Part shown: in pieces, positions 11,006 to 21,257 of the stretch
Numbering within the stretch: the stretch's first letter is position 1
Layout of the letters: every line of letters starts with the position of its first letter
NCBI GenBank assembly: GCA_963664435.2
Contig: CAXXKM010000003.1
Coordinates: forward strand, 320,001-384,000
Source: Longimicrobiales bacterium
Lineage (GTDB): Bacteria; Gemmatimonadota; Gemmatimonadetes; Longimicrobiales; Gaopeijiaceae
DNA: 64,000 nucleotides
Reading direction: 5' to 3'
Notes under the pieces: generated by a model
Seen by the model: the letters and a program-made list of their open reading frames with translations, nothing else
The model's database searches: none
What the model was told of the DNA's origin: nothing
Program-made: the position numbers and the translations under genes

Positions 11006-11979
11006 CCCGGCTCCCCTTCCGAGGGGTCACTCTCGTACGCGCGGATGATGTGCTTCACGAGGCGATGGCGGATGACGTCGACCGCGTCGAGATAGACGAG
11101 CGCGATACCCTTCACCTCGCGGAGGATGTCCTCCACCTGGAGCAGACCCGAATCGGCCCGGCTGGGGAGGTCGATCTGGGTCTTGTCGCCGGTGATCACC
11201 ACCCGCGAGTTCAGGCCCAGCCGGGTCAGGAACATCTTCATCTGGGCCCGGGTGGCGTTCTGGGCTTCATCCAGGATGACGAAGGCGTCCGAGAGGGTTC
11301 GGCCGCGCATGTAGGCGAGCGGGGCGATCTCGATGGTGCGATCGTCGAGGGCGCGGCGCACGCGCTCGGACGGCATCATGTCCTCCAGCGCGTCGTAGAG
11401 CGGCCGCAGGTAGGGGTCGACCTTCTCCTGCAGGTCGCCGGGGAGGAAGCCCAGGTTCTCTCCCGCCTCCACCGCCGGGCGGGCCAGCACGATGCGCCGC
11501 ACCCGCTTGCGGTAGAGGGCCTCGACCGCCTTGGCCACGGCCAGGTAGGTCTTGCCGGTTCCGGCCGGACCGATCGAAATGACGATTTCAAAGCGGTCGA
11601 TGGCCTCGACGTAGCGCCGCTGTCCCTCGGAGCGCGGGCTGATCACCCGGCGTGACCCGGGCAGCGCGATGCGGGACGGCTCCCCGGCGTCGGCGGCCGC
11701 GGACGGCTTGCCGGTCGCGCGCTCCTCGGCGAAACGGGCGATGTCGGAAGGGTCGAACGAGACTCTCATGCGCGCCAGCTCAATCATGTGGCGCACCACG
11801 GGTACGGCCCTCTCCACACCCTCGAGCGCGCCCGAGAGCAGCAGCCGGTCACCGCGCAGGATCACCCGGATGCCGAAGAGACGGGCCAGTCCCTGCATGT
11901 TGGCGTCGTTGACGCCGGCCAGCAGGAGCGGATCGGCTCCTTCCGTATCGAGGCGGTGCTCCACCATGGTCTGGGTCAT
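11002..11979 (-). CDS. phoH: PhoH family ATPase
   Basis: GPAGTGKTYLA, RPAVEAGENLGFLPG, LDEAQN, GDKTQIDL. Confidence 0.95.
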   Translation of the reverse strand: MTQTMVEHRLDTEGADPLLLAGVNDANMQGLARLFGIRVILRGDRLLLSGALEGVERAVPVVRHMIELARMRVSFDPSDIARFAEERATGKPSAAADAGEPSRIALPGSRRVISPRSEGQRRYVEAIDRFEIVISIGPAGTGKTYLAVAKAVEALYRKRVRRIVLARPAVEAGENLGFLPGDLQEKVDPYLRPLYDALEDMMPSERVRRALDDRTIEIAPLAYMRGRTLSDAFVILDEAQNATRAQMKMFLTRLGLNSRVVITGDKTQIDLPSRADSGLLQVEDILREVKGIALVYLDAVDVIRHRLVKHIIRAYESDPSEGEPG

Positions 11980-13748
11980 GCGAGCTTCAGCGCCTCCAGC
12001 TCCGCTCTTCCCGGACGTCCGGGCGCGGCCTCGAAGAGCGCCCGCGCCGCGGTCGTCTTCGGGAACGCGACCACGTCTCTCAGGCTTGCGGCTCCCACGA
12101 AATGCTGGACGATGCGGTCCATCCCCAGGGCGATGCCTCCGTGCGGCGGGGCGCCCGAGCGCAGCGCCTTGAGAAGGAAGCCGAAGCGCTCTGCGATCTG
12201 GCGGTCGCCCAGCCCAAGCACCCGAAGCACGCGCTCCTGCAATGCCGCGTCGTGGATGCGCAGGCTGCCGGACCCCAGCTCCGCACCGTTATACACCAGG
12301 TCGTAGGCGCGTGCCCCGCACGACAGCGGAGCCGACTCCAGGCGAGGCAGGTCGGCCTCCGCCGGCATCACGAAGGGATGGTGGTTGAAGGTGATCCCCG
12401 CTCCGCCGGGAAGCGGGTCGAACAGCGGGAAGTCGAGCACCCACGCCCACGCGTGTTCCCTGTCGTGGGGCATGGCGGCCACTTCCCTCGCCCGCAGCCG
12501 CGCCGCCGCGAGCGCCGGCGAGGTGACGGAGTCCGCACCGGCGGCGGCGAGCGCCAGGTCGCCGGGACGCATGCCCAGGGCGTCGTAGTGCCCCTCGGTA
12601 AGGAAGCGAGCCAGCGGGCCGGCGCCGCCGCCCTCCGTGCGCTTCACCCAGAGCAGTCCGGGCGCACCGGCCCTCCTCGCGGCGGACTCGATCTTCCCCA
12701 CCTGCTTGCGGGAGAGCGACCCGCCTCCCCGGACGCGCAGTCCGCGCACGCGCCCACCCCCGTCCAGCGCCGCGCGCGTGATGCGGAAGTCCACATCCGC
12801 GAAAGGCTCCGACCAGTCCTCGATCTCGAGCCCGAAGCGGAGGTCGGGACGGTCGCTTCCGTAGCACTCCAGGGCATCCCGGTACGGCAGGCGCCGGAAG
12901 GGCGCCGGGGTACCCAGCCCGGCCACCTCCGAAAGGCGGACCATGAGCCCTTCGATCCACGCCAGGAGATCCTCCGGCGCGATGAACGAGGCCTCTACGT
13001 CGATCTGGGTGAACTCGGGCTGCCGATCGGTGCGCTGGTCCTCGTCGCGGAAACAGCGCGCGATCTGGAAGTAGCGGTCGAACCCCGCCGTCATGAGGAT
13101 CTGCTTGTAGATCTGCGGGCTCTGCGGCAGGGCGTAGAACTCTCCCGGGTGCACCCGGCTGGGCACCAGGAAATCGCGCGCTCCCTCCGGCATCGGCTTC
13201 GTCAGGATCGGGGTCTCGATCTCGAGGAAGCCCAGCCGGTCGAGGTAGTTGCGGGTCTCGAGCACCAGCCGGTGACGCAGCTTCAGTGCGGCCTGCATGG
13301 GTGTGCGCCGCAGGTCAAGATGCCGGTGCAGAAGCCTCAGCTCCTCCGCCGGAGGCTCCTCCCCCGGGTTCTGGTGCACGGGGATGGCAGGCGTGTCGGC
13401 GTCTCCGAGCAGCTCGAAGCTCGTGGCCTGCAGCTCCACCGCGCCCGTCGCCATATCGGGATTGCGGGCTTCCGGGGGCCGCCGCACGACTTCGCCGCAC
13501 ACCGCGATCACGTCTTCGGCGCCCAGTTTCCCCGCGGCCGCAAACGACTCCGGCTCCGTCCAGTCGGGGCCGAAGGACACCTGCACGATCCCCGAGCGGT
13601 CGCGCAGGTCGATGAACACCATGCCTCCCAGGTCGCGGCGCCGATGCACCCAGCCGGCGAGGTGGTGCGTGCGGCCCGCGTCCTGCTCGCGGAGGCTTCC
13701 CGCCATGCGCGACCGCCAGGAAGTACGCTCCAGCTTCGGATCAGTCAT
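11976..13748 (-). CDS. aspS: Aspartate--tRNA ligase
   Basis: FIDLRD OB fold, YALPQSPQ, CFRDED, PPHGGIALG, VVAFPKT. Confidence 0.97.
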   Translation of the reverse strand: MTDPKLERTSWRSRMAGSLREQDAGRTHHLAGWVHRRRDLGGMVFIDLRDRSGIVQVSFGPDWTEPESFAAAGKLGAEDVIAVCGEVVRRPPEARNPDMATGAVELQATSFELLGDADTPAIPVHQNPGEEPPAEELRLLHRHLDLRRTPMQAALKLRHRLVLETRNYLDRLGFLEIETPILTKPMPEGARDFLVPSRVHPGEFYALPQSPQIYKQILMTAGFDRYFQIARCFRDEDQRTDRQPEFTQIDVEASFIAPEDLLAWIEGLMVRLSEVAGLGTPAPFRRLPYRDALECYGSDRPDLRFGLEIEDWSEPFADVDFRITRAALDGGGRVRGLRVRGGGSLSRKQVGKIESAARRAGAPGLLWVKRTEGGGAGPLARFLTEGHYDALGMRPGDLALAAAGADSVTSPALAAARLRAREVAAMPHDREHAWAWVLDFPLFDPLPGGAGITFNHHPFVMPAEADLPRLESAPLSCGARAYDLVYNGAELGSGSLRIHDAALQERVLRVLGLGDRQIAERFGFLLKALRSGAPPHGGIALGMDRIVQHFVGAASLRDVVAFPKTTAARALFEAAPGRPGRAELEALKLA

Positions 13749-13925
13749 GTAAGCCTGGGATGAGAGCGAGTAGAATCCGATGACTCGGACATGCGGGGAG
13801 TGCTCGTCGAGAATCTCGCGAGCGGGGACGGAGGGGAAACAGAACCCCTCTCCTGCGAAATCGCGCTAAGTTAGTCGGCGTGCGCCCCCGGCTCAAGCAA
13901 AGCGACTTCGCCTGTTTCCGGGACG

Positions 13926-15050
13926 GTGCCTGAGAACGAGCGTGCGGTGACTCCCCCCGGGACGGCCATGGTGCGAAAAGCGAACGGCGACGAGCGCCCC
14001 GACCTGCTTGGCCTGGTCCCGGCGGAATTGCGCGAAATCTTGCGTCGCCACTTCCGGGAACGCGGGCAACCGAAGTTCCGTACCGGCCAGGTCGAACGCT
14101 GGGTGTTCCGCAACGACGCGCGCGGCTTTGGCGAGATGAGCGACCTGCCCGCGCAGGAACGCGATGCCCTGGCCGCGGCCTTTCGTCTGCAGGAGCCCGC
14201 CACCGCCAGCGTGTCGGTTTCGCGCGACGGCACCGTGAAGCACCTGTGGCGGCTGTGGGACGGCGAGCTGGTGGAATCCGTGCTGATCCCCACCCGCTCC
14301 CGCCTCACCCTGTGCATCTCGTCGCAGGCGGGCTGCCCCCTGGGGTGCACCTTCTGCGCGACCGGCTGGTCGGGCTTCCGGCGCCAGCTGACCGCGGCCG
14401 AGATCGTGGCGCAGTACCGCGCCTCCCGGCGGTGGGCGCGCGCACGGGACATGGGCGAGATTTCCAACATCGTGTACATGGGGATGGGCGAACCGCTCGC
14501 CAACCCGCACGCTGTCCTGCCCTCGCTCACCATCCTGAACGGCGGCTACGAGGTCGGTGCGCGCCGGATCACGGTGTCGACCGTGGGCGTGGTGCCCGGC
14601 ATCCGCTCGCTGGCCGAGCGCCCGGAGCAGTTCGGGCTCGCTCTCTCGCTGCACGCCCCGGAGTCCGAATTGCGCCGCGAGCTGATCCCGCTGGAGAAGC
14701 GCTATCCGCTGCCCGAGGTAAAGGCCGCCCTGGAACGATTCCGGCGGGTGCGCGGCCGGCGCATCACGCTCGAATACACGATGATCCGGGGGGTGAACGA
14801 CGCCCTCGCGCTCATCCCTGCCCTGGCCGGCTTCGCCCGCGACATCCACGCCTTTGTGAACCTGATCCCGTTCAATCCGATTCCCTACCAGCCCGAGTGG
14901 CGTCCGAGCGTGCCCGCCAGGGTGCAGGCGTTCCGCAGGAAGCTGGAGGAGAGCGGAGTCGCGGCTATGGTGCGCGAGCCCCGCGGGCGCGACATCGACG
15001 CGGCGTGCGGGCAGTTGCGGGCAAGCCGGCTGGCGGTGCTCACCGGGTAG
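13926..15050 (+). CDS. rlmN: Dual-specificity RNA methyltransferase RlmN (start uncertain)
   Basis: CISSQAGCPLGCTFCATG, MGMGEP, DIDAACGQL. Confidence 0.96.
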   Translation: MPENERAVTPPGTAMVRKANGDERPDLLGLVPAELREILRRHFRERGQPKFRTGQVERWVFRNDARGFGEMSDLPAQERDALAAAFRLQEPATASVSVSRDGTVKHLWRLWDGELVESVLIPTRSRLTLCISSQAGCPLGCTFCATGWSGFRRQLTAAEIVAQYRASRRWARARDMGEISNIVYMGMGEPLANPHAVLPSLTILNGGYEVGARRITVSTVGVVPGIRSLAERPEQFGLALSLHAPESELRRELIPLEKRYPLPEVKAALERFRRVRGRRITLEYTMIRGVNDALALIPALAGFARDIHAFVNLIPFNPIPYQPEWRPSVPARVQAFRRKLEESGVAAMVREPRGRDIDAACGQLRASRLAVLTG

Positions 15051-15161
15051 GACGTCCGGGGTCCCGGAACGCGAGGCGAGGGCGCCGCCCGGTAACCCGA
15101 CGGCAGCTGGCGATCCAGGGACGGATGAGCCGCGCCGAACCCCCTCGCCCCTCTCTCCGCC

Positions 15162-15896
15162 TCAGCGGATGCGGTCCCCGATACGGTCCCAGCGAATGCG
15201 GCGGATCCATGGGAAGGGCGTCATGGCGCCGCGTTCGTACGAGTAGTAGATGAACATGGCCCGGCCCTCGAGCCGCCAGCCCTCCAGCAGCCCCCAGTAG
15301 CGCGAATCCTGGCTCTCGTCGCGGTTGTCGCCCAGCATGAAGTAGTTGTCGCCCGGGATGATGATGGGACCCCAGTTGTCGCGGCTGGGGCGATACGAGT
15401 CCGCATCCTCTCCGGGCACCAGGAACGGCGTCTGCCAGGTCATGCGGATGTCCGAGTGGTCCCCGCTCGCCGGGTTGTACTGCGCGTAGGGCTCATTCGC
15501 GACCGACCCGTTGATGTAGAGGGTCTTGTCGCGCATCTCCAGCGTGTCGCCGGGCAGGCCGATCAGGCGCTTCACCAGCATCATGTTCTCCTCGTGCGGT
15601 GGATCGAACACAAGGATGTCGAAGCGCTTCGGGCTCGAGTAGCCCGGGATGCGAAGCGAGGTGCCCGGGATGGGCGAGCCGATCGCGGCCCGGTTCACCA
15701 CCAGGAAGTCGCCCAGCAGGAGCGTGTCCATCATCGAACCGGAGATGATGACGAAGGTCTGCAGGACGAAGAAACGGATCAGGAAGAAGAGGCCACCCCA
15801 GATGAGGAGGATGCGCAGCCATTCGCCGAGCGTCCCTTCGGATTGGTTGGGCTTCGCCCGGGCTCGCCGGCTCGGCTTGCGCTTCTTTTTGCTCAT
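15162..15896 (-). CDS. lepB: Signal peptidase I
   Basis: SGSM catalytic Ser, VKRLIGLPGD, MLGDNRDESQDSRYWG. Confidence 0.95.
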   Translation of the reverse strand: MSKKKRKPSRRARAKPNQSEGTLGEWLRILLIWGGLFFLIRFFVLQTFVIISGSMMDTLLLGDFLVVNRAAIGSPIPGTSLRIPGYSSPKRFDILVFDPPHEENMMLVKRLIGLPGDTLEMRDKTLYINGSVANEPYAQYNPASGDHSDIRMTWQTPFLVPGEDADSYRPSRDNWGPIIIPGDNYFMLGDNRDESQDSRYWGLLEGWRLEGRAMFIYYSYERGAMTPFPWIRRIRWDRIGDRIR

Positions 15897-16441
15897 TGCT
15901 GGTTCCCCGCCTGGTTCAGACCTTCCGCCCACTCCCTGAGACGCGAGAGGACACCGCGCCAGCCCGGCTCGGGCGCGGGTATCGTAATCGTGTCCTGCGC
16001 GGGTTCAGCCGTGCGCGCCGCCACGACGGAGGGATCCCAGGTGCTCCCGAGCAGCACCGTGATGTCGACGTAGGCGGTCGAGTCGGGCTCGTCGTGGAAG
16101 GCGGGGATGGCCAGGGCACCCGCCACCATCGACGCGAGGTCGACGCGTCCCAGCCGGGCCAGCACGACGGAGCTGTCCCGGTCGAACGCATCGGCGTTGC
16201 CGAATTCGACCACGTCGAAGCCGGCATCTCGCAGAAGTTCGGTGGCCGTCCGCGCCATCCCCGCGACCCCACCCCCGTTGAGTACCTCGACGCGCACCCG
16301 CTCGCGCGGGTTTGCGATCACGTCGGCGGTCACGGGGGTCGTCTCGGGAGGCTCCCACCACTGAAGCGCGGCGGAGCCCGCCAGCACCGCCAGTCCGCCG
16401 AGCACGGCCACCAGCGCGAGCCCGCGGAGCAGCCTAGCCAT
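15893..16441 (-). CDS. LytR C-terminal domain protein
   Basis: N-terminal TM, VEVLNGGGVAGMA, GNAD, DITVLLG. Confidence 0.85.
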   Translation of the reverse strand: MARLLRGLALVAVLGGLAVLAGSAALQWWEPPETTPVTADVIANPRERVRVEVLNGGGVAGMARTATELLRDAGFDVVEFGNADAFDRDSSVVLARLGRVDLASMVAGALAIPAFHDEPDSTAYVDITVLLGSTWDPSVVAARTAEPAQDTITIPAPEPGWRGVLSRLREWAEGLNQAGNQQ

Positions 16442-17027
16442 GAGCCCGCACCCTCAGCAGCTCCAGGAAGGCGTCGGTTTCGGGCCGGACGGCACCGCCG
16501 AGCCCCCGCAGGTGCCTCGTGCGCGCGCCCGCCACCTCGAGGGCAACCTCGTCCAGTTCGGCGGGCATGCGTCGCCGGAGCGACCTCCGCCACTCCGCCC
16601 GGACCGCACGGCCGGGCTCGAGGAAGTCCGCCGTGTAGAGCGCCACGCCCGCGGTGTCCAGGGCGGGATGACCGAGGGTGTGGAAGGCCACCGCGCACAG
16701 CAGGCCATCGTCCCCGACGCCCTCGCGGGCGAGCCGGCCGGCGGCGGCGGGGCCGTGCAGCAGCTTCCCCGGGAGGTCGGCGAACTCATCGTCCACCATC
16801 GCCTGCAGCTCGGCGGGATCGCCGTCTCTCAGGACATCGTGGAGATGCCCCAGCGCCGCCCATCGCACGATTTCGTCTTCGCATTCTGCGCGTTCTATTG
16901 CCCATTCGCGCATAAGGTTCGAAACCCGGGTCATGTGCCGGCGCCGGGAGTCGCCCGCCCGCGCCCAGGAGGGGAGAAGCCCGTCGGCGGCGCGAACGAC
17001 GAGAGGATGGTTCCGGGGAGCAGCCAT
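16434..17027 (-). CDS. yqeK: HD-domain hydrolase, YqeK-like (Ap4A hydrolase family)
   Basis: RRRH, LHD, LLHGPAAA, FHTLG, ADFLEPGR. Confidence 0.8.
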   Translation of the reverse strand: MAAPRNHPLVVRAADGLLPSWARAGDSRRRHMTRVSNLMREWAIERAECEDEIVRWAALGHLHDVLRDGDPAELQAMVDDEFADLPGKLLHGPAAAGRLAREGVGDDGLLCAVAFHTLGHPALDTAGVALYTADFLEPGRAVRAEWRRSLRRRMPAELDEVALEVAGARTRHLRGLGGAVRPETDAFLELLRVRAHG

Positions 17028-17145
17028 ACAGGCCAGTAGATTGCGCATGGGGCCGGGAGGAATCAACCCCGGCGAGCGCCTTCCGGACCCCGACCCTTCT
17101 CCGCCGAGGGCGCGTTCACTCCCGGTTGCCGATAGCTTTGCGGTC

Positions 17146-18810
17146 ATGCAATGGGACAGTCTGCTGGTGGCGGCCACCGCCCGTGCGCTCCGGCGGGAGT
17201 TGCGCGCAGGACGGACGCGCGCCGTCCATCTGGATCGCGGCGCGGGCCGGGTGGCGCTCTTTCTGCGGGGAAGGACGGTCGTGTTCGCTCTGCACCCGGC
17301 CTCCACGGGGCTCGCCGTCATGGACGAGGCGACGCCCCCGGCGGGCGCCGTTCCACTGCCGGGAATCGTGCGCGACGTCTCCGCACCCGCGGACGAGCGC
17401 GCCATCCTGCTCGAAGTCACGCGTCTGCGGGGCCGGACGCGCCGCACACGGCTGGTGCTGGAGCTCTCGCCGGGCCGCTGGAACGCGATCCTCACCGAGG
17501 GCCCCGACGACCGCATCCGGAGCGTGCTCAGACGACGCCGCTCCGGCGCGCGCGAGCTGCTGCCGGGCGCCGTATACGAGCTGCCGCGCCCGTCGAAGCG
17601 CCGCGGGGCCAGCCGTCCGATGTCGCTCTCTTCATGGCTCGAACTGTTCGAGGAAGTGGAGCCCCCCCAACGGATGGCCACCCTGGTCCGCAACGTCGCC
17701 TACACTTCGCGCATGAACGCGCGCGTGTTTCTGGATGACGGAGACGAGGACGGCTGGAAGCGCTGGCGCGAATGGCGCGATCTCAAGGATCCGGACCCCC
17801 GGCTGCTGTCCTCGGACCAGGGGCTCCAGCCCTATCCCTATCCCCTTCCGGGGATGGAGGGCAGCGCGAGGGAGACACTCCTCGCCGCGCTGACGGACGG
17901 GTCGGAGGCGCTTGCCCACGCGAGCCTGGTGCCGTCCGAGGTGATGTCGGCGCTGGAGAAGCGCATCGGCTCCACCGAGGGCCGGATCGTGCGCCTGCAG
18001 GAACAACTCGCCCGGCTCGAGGACCCGGTCCGGATGCGGGGGATCGGAGACCTGCTCCTCGCGAGGATGAAGCTGATCCCGCGCGGGGCGGCCCGGGTGT
18101 CGCTCGAGCAATTCGAGGGCGGCACCATCCGCATCTCGCTCGACCCCACGCTGGCGCCGCATGAAAACGCGGCGCGCTACTACGCCCGCGCCGCGCGCGT
18201 AGAGCGGGCCGCCGCCACGCTCCCGGCCGAGATCGAGGAAGCAGGCACGCGGCTGGCCGCCTGGTACGCGCTTTCCGAGGAAGTGGCGGCCGGGTCGGTG
18301 GATGCCGGGGAACTGGAGCGGCGGCTGGGGCTGCCCGCTCCGGGGTCGAGATCGCGGCAGGCTCCCCCCCGCCTTCCCTACCACCGCTTTCGCAGTTCGG
18401 CGGGAACCGAGATCCGCGTGGGCCGCGGGGCGGCGAGCAACCACGAACTGACGTTCCACCACTCGGACCCGGACGATGTCTGGCTGCATGCCCGCCACGC
18501 CTCCGGCGCGCACGTGATCCTGCGCTGGCGCGGCGAGGGCAGCCCCGCGCCCCGCGACCTGGAGGAAGCCGCCGTCCTGGCCGCGGTCAACTCGAAGGCC
18601 CGCACCTCCGCCACCGTCCCGGTCGACTGGACCCGGCGCAAGTACGTGCGCAAGCCGAGGGGCGCGCGGCCCGGCACCGTCACCCTGGAGCGCGAGAAGA
18701 CGGTGTTCGTGAGCCCGGATGCGGAGGTGGCGGAGCGGTTGAGGCTGGATCCGGACGGGGATGCGCTCGAGAAAACGCGGTCACGAGGCCGGAAATCACG
18801 GAGAAAGTAA
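17146..18810 (+). CDS. rqcH: NFACT/RqcH ribosome quality-control protein (FbpA family)
   Basis: NAILT, ISLDP..ENAARYY, VGRGAASN..WLHARHASGAHVIL, VDWTRRKYVRKPRG. Confidence 0.9.
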   Translation: MQWDSLLVAATARALRRELRAGRTRAVHLDRGAGRVALFLRGRTVVFALHPASTGLAVMDEATPPAGAVPLPGIVRDVSAPADERAILLEVTRLRGRTRRTRLVLELSPGRWNAILTEGPDDRIRSVLRRRRSGARELLPGAVYELPRPSKRRGASRPMSLSSWLELFEEVEPPQRMATLVRNVAYTSRMNARVFLDDGDEDGWKRWREWRDLKDPDPRLLSSDQGLQPYPYPLPGMEGSARETLLAALTDGSEALAHASLVPSEVMSALEKRIGSTEGRIVRLQEQLARLEDPVRMRGIGDLLLARMKLIPRGAARVSLEQFEGGTIRISLDPTLAPHENAARYYARAARVERAAATLPAEIEEAGTRLAAWYALSEEVAAGSVDAGELERRLGLPAPGSRSRQAPPRLPYHRFRSSAGTEIRVGRGAASNHELTFHHSDPDDVWLHARHASGAHVILRWRGEGSPAPRDLEEAAVLAAVNSKARTSATVPVDWTRRKYVRKPRGARPGTVTLEREKTVFVSPDAEVAERLRLDPDGDALEKTRSRGRKSRRK

Positions 18811-18904
18811 TGTTACCGTTACATATTGTAGTGTTTGCATTACACCTGTGCGGCCAAGTGCCGGGCCTCGCAGTCCATGGATGAGGTCCTCCGGCCGCGC
18901 GACA

Positions 18905-20263
18905 CTAGCCCGGCGAGGGCCACTCGACCTCAAACCTTGCTATGTAGCGGACGTCAAGCTCGTCCTTGAGCACAGCCCAGATCGTGTCGCCCTTGAAGTA
19001 CGGATCCATCGTCCCCGGGTAGGGGCGTGCGGCCCAGCTCTCGGGTGTATCGACGTGACCGATCCATCGACCGTCCGCGTCGAAGACATCGAAACCGTCC
19101 GTCGGATTCCAGTACGACCAGAGCCGTGGTCCCAGGCCGGGTGACTGGCGCCGTTCCTCTTCGGTCGTAGGGCGGCTGATACCCGGAGCTCCTGGCCAGA
19201 TCCAGATTCGGCCGTCGTCCGTATGCCAGAATCGAAGAAACGCGGGACGCTCCTGCGGAAGGATCGGAATTGGAGGAAGCGACCTGAACTCGGCCCCGCG
19301 TCCCAGCCTCGCCAGAGTCTGATTGTCACTGCGCCGACGCATGTTCTGAACGCGGAACCCGTCGTACCAGTACTCATGCTCCTCGTCCGTCCTCACCGGT
19401 GGATCCCATGCCCTCGAGATCCGAGTCACTCCCCCGTCAGACCGGACGAGGTCTATCGCGTACCTGGCCGAGCAGCCGAAAGCCAATACACCCGTTCGGC
19501 CCCGCGTCCATTGCGCGAAGGGCATGTGGCGGAGGCGATTGTCCTCCATGTTCCCTCCGGAGTGTGCCGGGAGTCGCCGCTCACAGCCCTCCCAGGCTCG
19601 AGTGGGCAGGAACACGGTGTCCGTCACTTCCTCGTGGCCGATCAGGCGGCCGAACAACGGTCTCTGCTGCCCGGCGCGGAGCGTGTCCAGACCACTCCGG
19701 GGCGGGTTGAGCGAGATCCAGAGCTGACCCCGTTCGTCCCATCGGAGGGCATCCCGTCCGTATCCCGGTCTTCCCGCCGACGGACGTAGTCTGATCTCTC
19801 GGACCAGGTTGCCGTCGGGCGAGAAGACATTGACCCGTCGATTGCCAAAATCCAGCGCGGCCAACTCCCCGTCGGCGGATACGTCCATGCTGACCACGTA
19901 CCTTACCTCGCCGGGTCCTTGGCCTTGCCGGGCAATCGTCCTCAGGTATGTCCCCTCCGCATCGTATTGGCGCAGGTCGCTACGGAGATTGAAGACAAAG
20001 AGACTTCCGTCCGGGCCGACCGTGAGCACCGGCAACCTGCTCAGCAGGTACTCCGGTGGACCTTCGATCATGCCAATTCGTGATACCTCGCGAAGGGAAG
20101 CTGTGCCTCGCAGGGGTGAGGAGGAGAACACGAACGTCGTGTCACCCACTTGCCGTGACGAGTATTGCCGTGACGAGTCGGGGGTTCCTTCGCCGCATCC
20201 GCCTATCGAAAGCGTCATCAGAATCGCTACCAGCGCACGGCCCACGGTCCTACCTCCCTTCAC
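18905..20263 (-). CDS. 6-bladed beta-propeller lipoprotein
   Basis: Lipobox-like IGGC, RQGQGPGEVR propeller motif, FDVFDADGRWIG. Confidence 0.8.
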   Translation of the reverse strand: MKGGRTVGRALVAILMTLSIGGCGEGTPDSSRQYSSRQVGDTTFVFSSSPLRGTASLREVSRIGMIEGPPEYLLSRLPVLTVGPDGSLFVFNLRSDLRQYDAEGTYLRTIARQGQGPGEVRYVVSMDVSADGELAALDFGNRRVNVFSPDGNLVREIRLRPSAGRPGYGRDALRWDERGQLWISLNPPRSGLDTLRAGQQRPLFGRLIGHEEVTDTVFLPTRAWEGCERRLPAHSGGNMEDNRLRHMPFAQWTRGRTGVLAFGCSARYAIDLVRSDGGVTRISRAWDPPVRTDEEHEYWYDGFRVQNMRRRSDNQTLARLGRGAEFRSLPPIPILPQERPAFLRFWHTDDGRIWIWPGAPGISRPTTEEERRQSPGLGPRLWSYWNPTDGFDVFDADGRWIGHVDTPESWAARPYPGTMDPYFKGDTIWAVLKDELDVRYIARFEVEWPSPG

Positions 20264-20348
20264 AGAAGAGGGCTCTCAGCACGATGTGGAGGGGAAGACT
20301 GGCCTGTCAACTAAACATCTAGTAGAAGATACGATCCCTCGGGCGCTG

Positions 20349-21191
20349 CTAGAGTGACCGATCCGGACCGTCCCGCTCCATCGCCTCCCTGAGGGCGGCG
20401 ACGAAGTCGCGCACCCCTTCCGCGCCCTCCCGCTCGCAGTGGTCGATGAGCGCGCTGCCCACCACCACTCCCTCCGCCGCGGCAGCCACGTCGGCCGCCT
20501 GTTCGGGGGTGGAGATTCCGAATCCCACCGCGACCGGGATGCCTCCGACCCGCCCCTGCACCGCCCGGACCTCCCGCCCCAGCGCGCGGCGCAGCCGAGT
20601 GCGCGCGCCCGTGACCCCGGTGCGCGAGATGTAGTACAGGAACCCGGCGCCCGCCCGGGCGATGGCGGCGACCCTCTCGGGGGAAGTGGTCGGGGCGATC
20701 AGGCGGATCAGGTCGAGCCCGTGCGCCGAAAGCCGGCTCTCCAGCGCGGGATCCGCGCCCGCCGGGACGTCGGTCAGGAGCAGGCCCTGGGCGCCGGCCT
20801 CCACTGCCGCGCGGGCGAACTCCTCCACGCCGTAGCGCAGGATGGGGTTGAGGTAGCTGAAGAGGACGACAGGCGTATCGTGCCCGGCGCGGAAGGCGCG
20901 CAGCACGTCCAGCGTGCCCTCGGTGGTCATCCCTCGCTCGAGGGCCTGGAACGACGAGCGCTGGATGGTGGGCCCGTCCGCCAGGGGGTCGCTGAACGGG
21001 ATCCCCAGCTCGATGATGTCCGCACCTGCGCCCGCCATCCCCTGCAGCAGCTCCAGGGATTGCGGCGCATCCGGATAACCGCAGGTCAGGAACGGGATGA
21101 GCGCTGCCCGGTTGTCGGCCCGGCAACGTGCGAAGCACTGCGCGAAGGACATGCCGCTCATCGGTTCCCCGGCGATGAAGCCTTCGGGCAC
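20349..21191 (-). CDS. trpA: Tryptophan synthase alpha (start uncertain)
   Basis: IELGIPFSDPLADGPTIQ, SRTGVTG, VGFGIS, VVGSA. Confidence 0.97.
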   Translation of the reverse strand: MPEGFIAGEPMSGMSFAQCFARCRADNRAALIPFLTCGYPDAPQSLELLQGMAGAGADIIELGIPFSDPLADGPTIQRSSFQALERGMTTEGTLDVLRAFRAGHDTPVVLFSYLNPILRYGVEEFARAAVEAGAQGLLLTDVPAGADPALESRLSAHGLDLIRLIAPTTSPERVAAIARAGAGFLYYISRTGVTGARTRLRRALGREVRAVQGRVGGIPVAVGFGISTPEQAADVAAAAEGVVVGSALIDHCEREGAEGVRDFVAALREAMERDGPDRSL

Positions 21192-21257
21192 GACGCCCCC
21201 GGGCGATGGCCCGCTTCCCGGCCTGGCAGCTGCTCGACGCCCTCCGGCATTGGCCTG

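Noticed and set aside
8411..11095. Long antisense or alternate-frame ORFs (894 aa here; also 926-3238, 12102-13763, 22445-24709)
   Set aside because: Shadow ORFs of well-supported genes, expected at high GC
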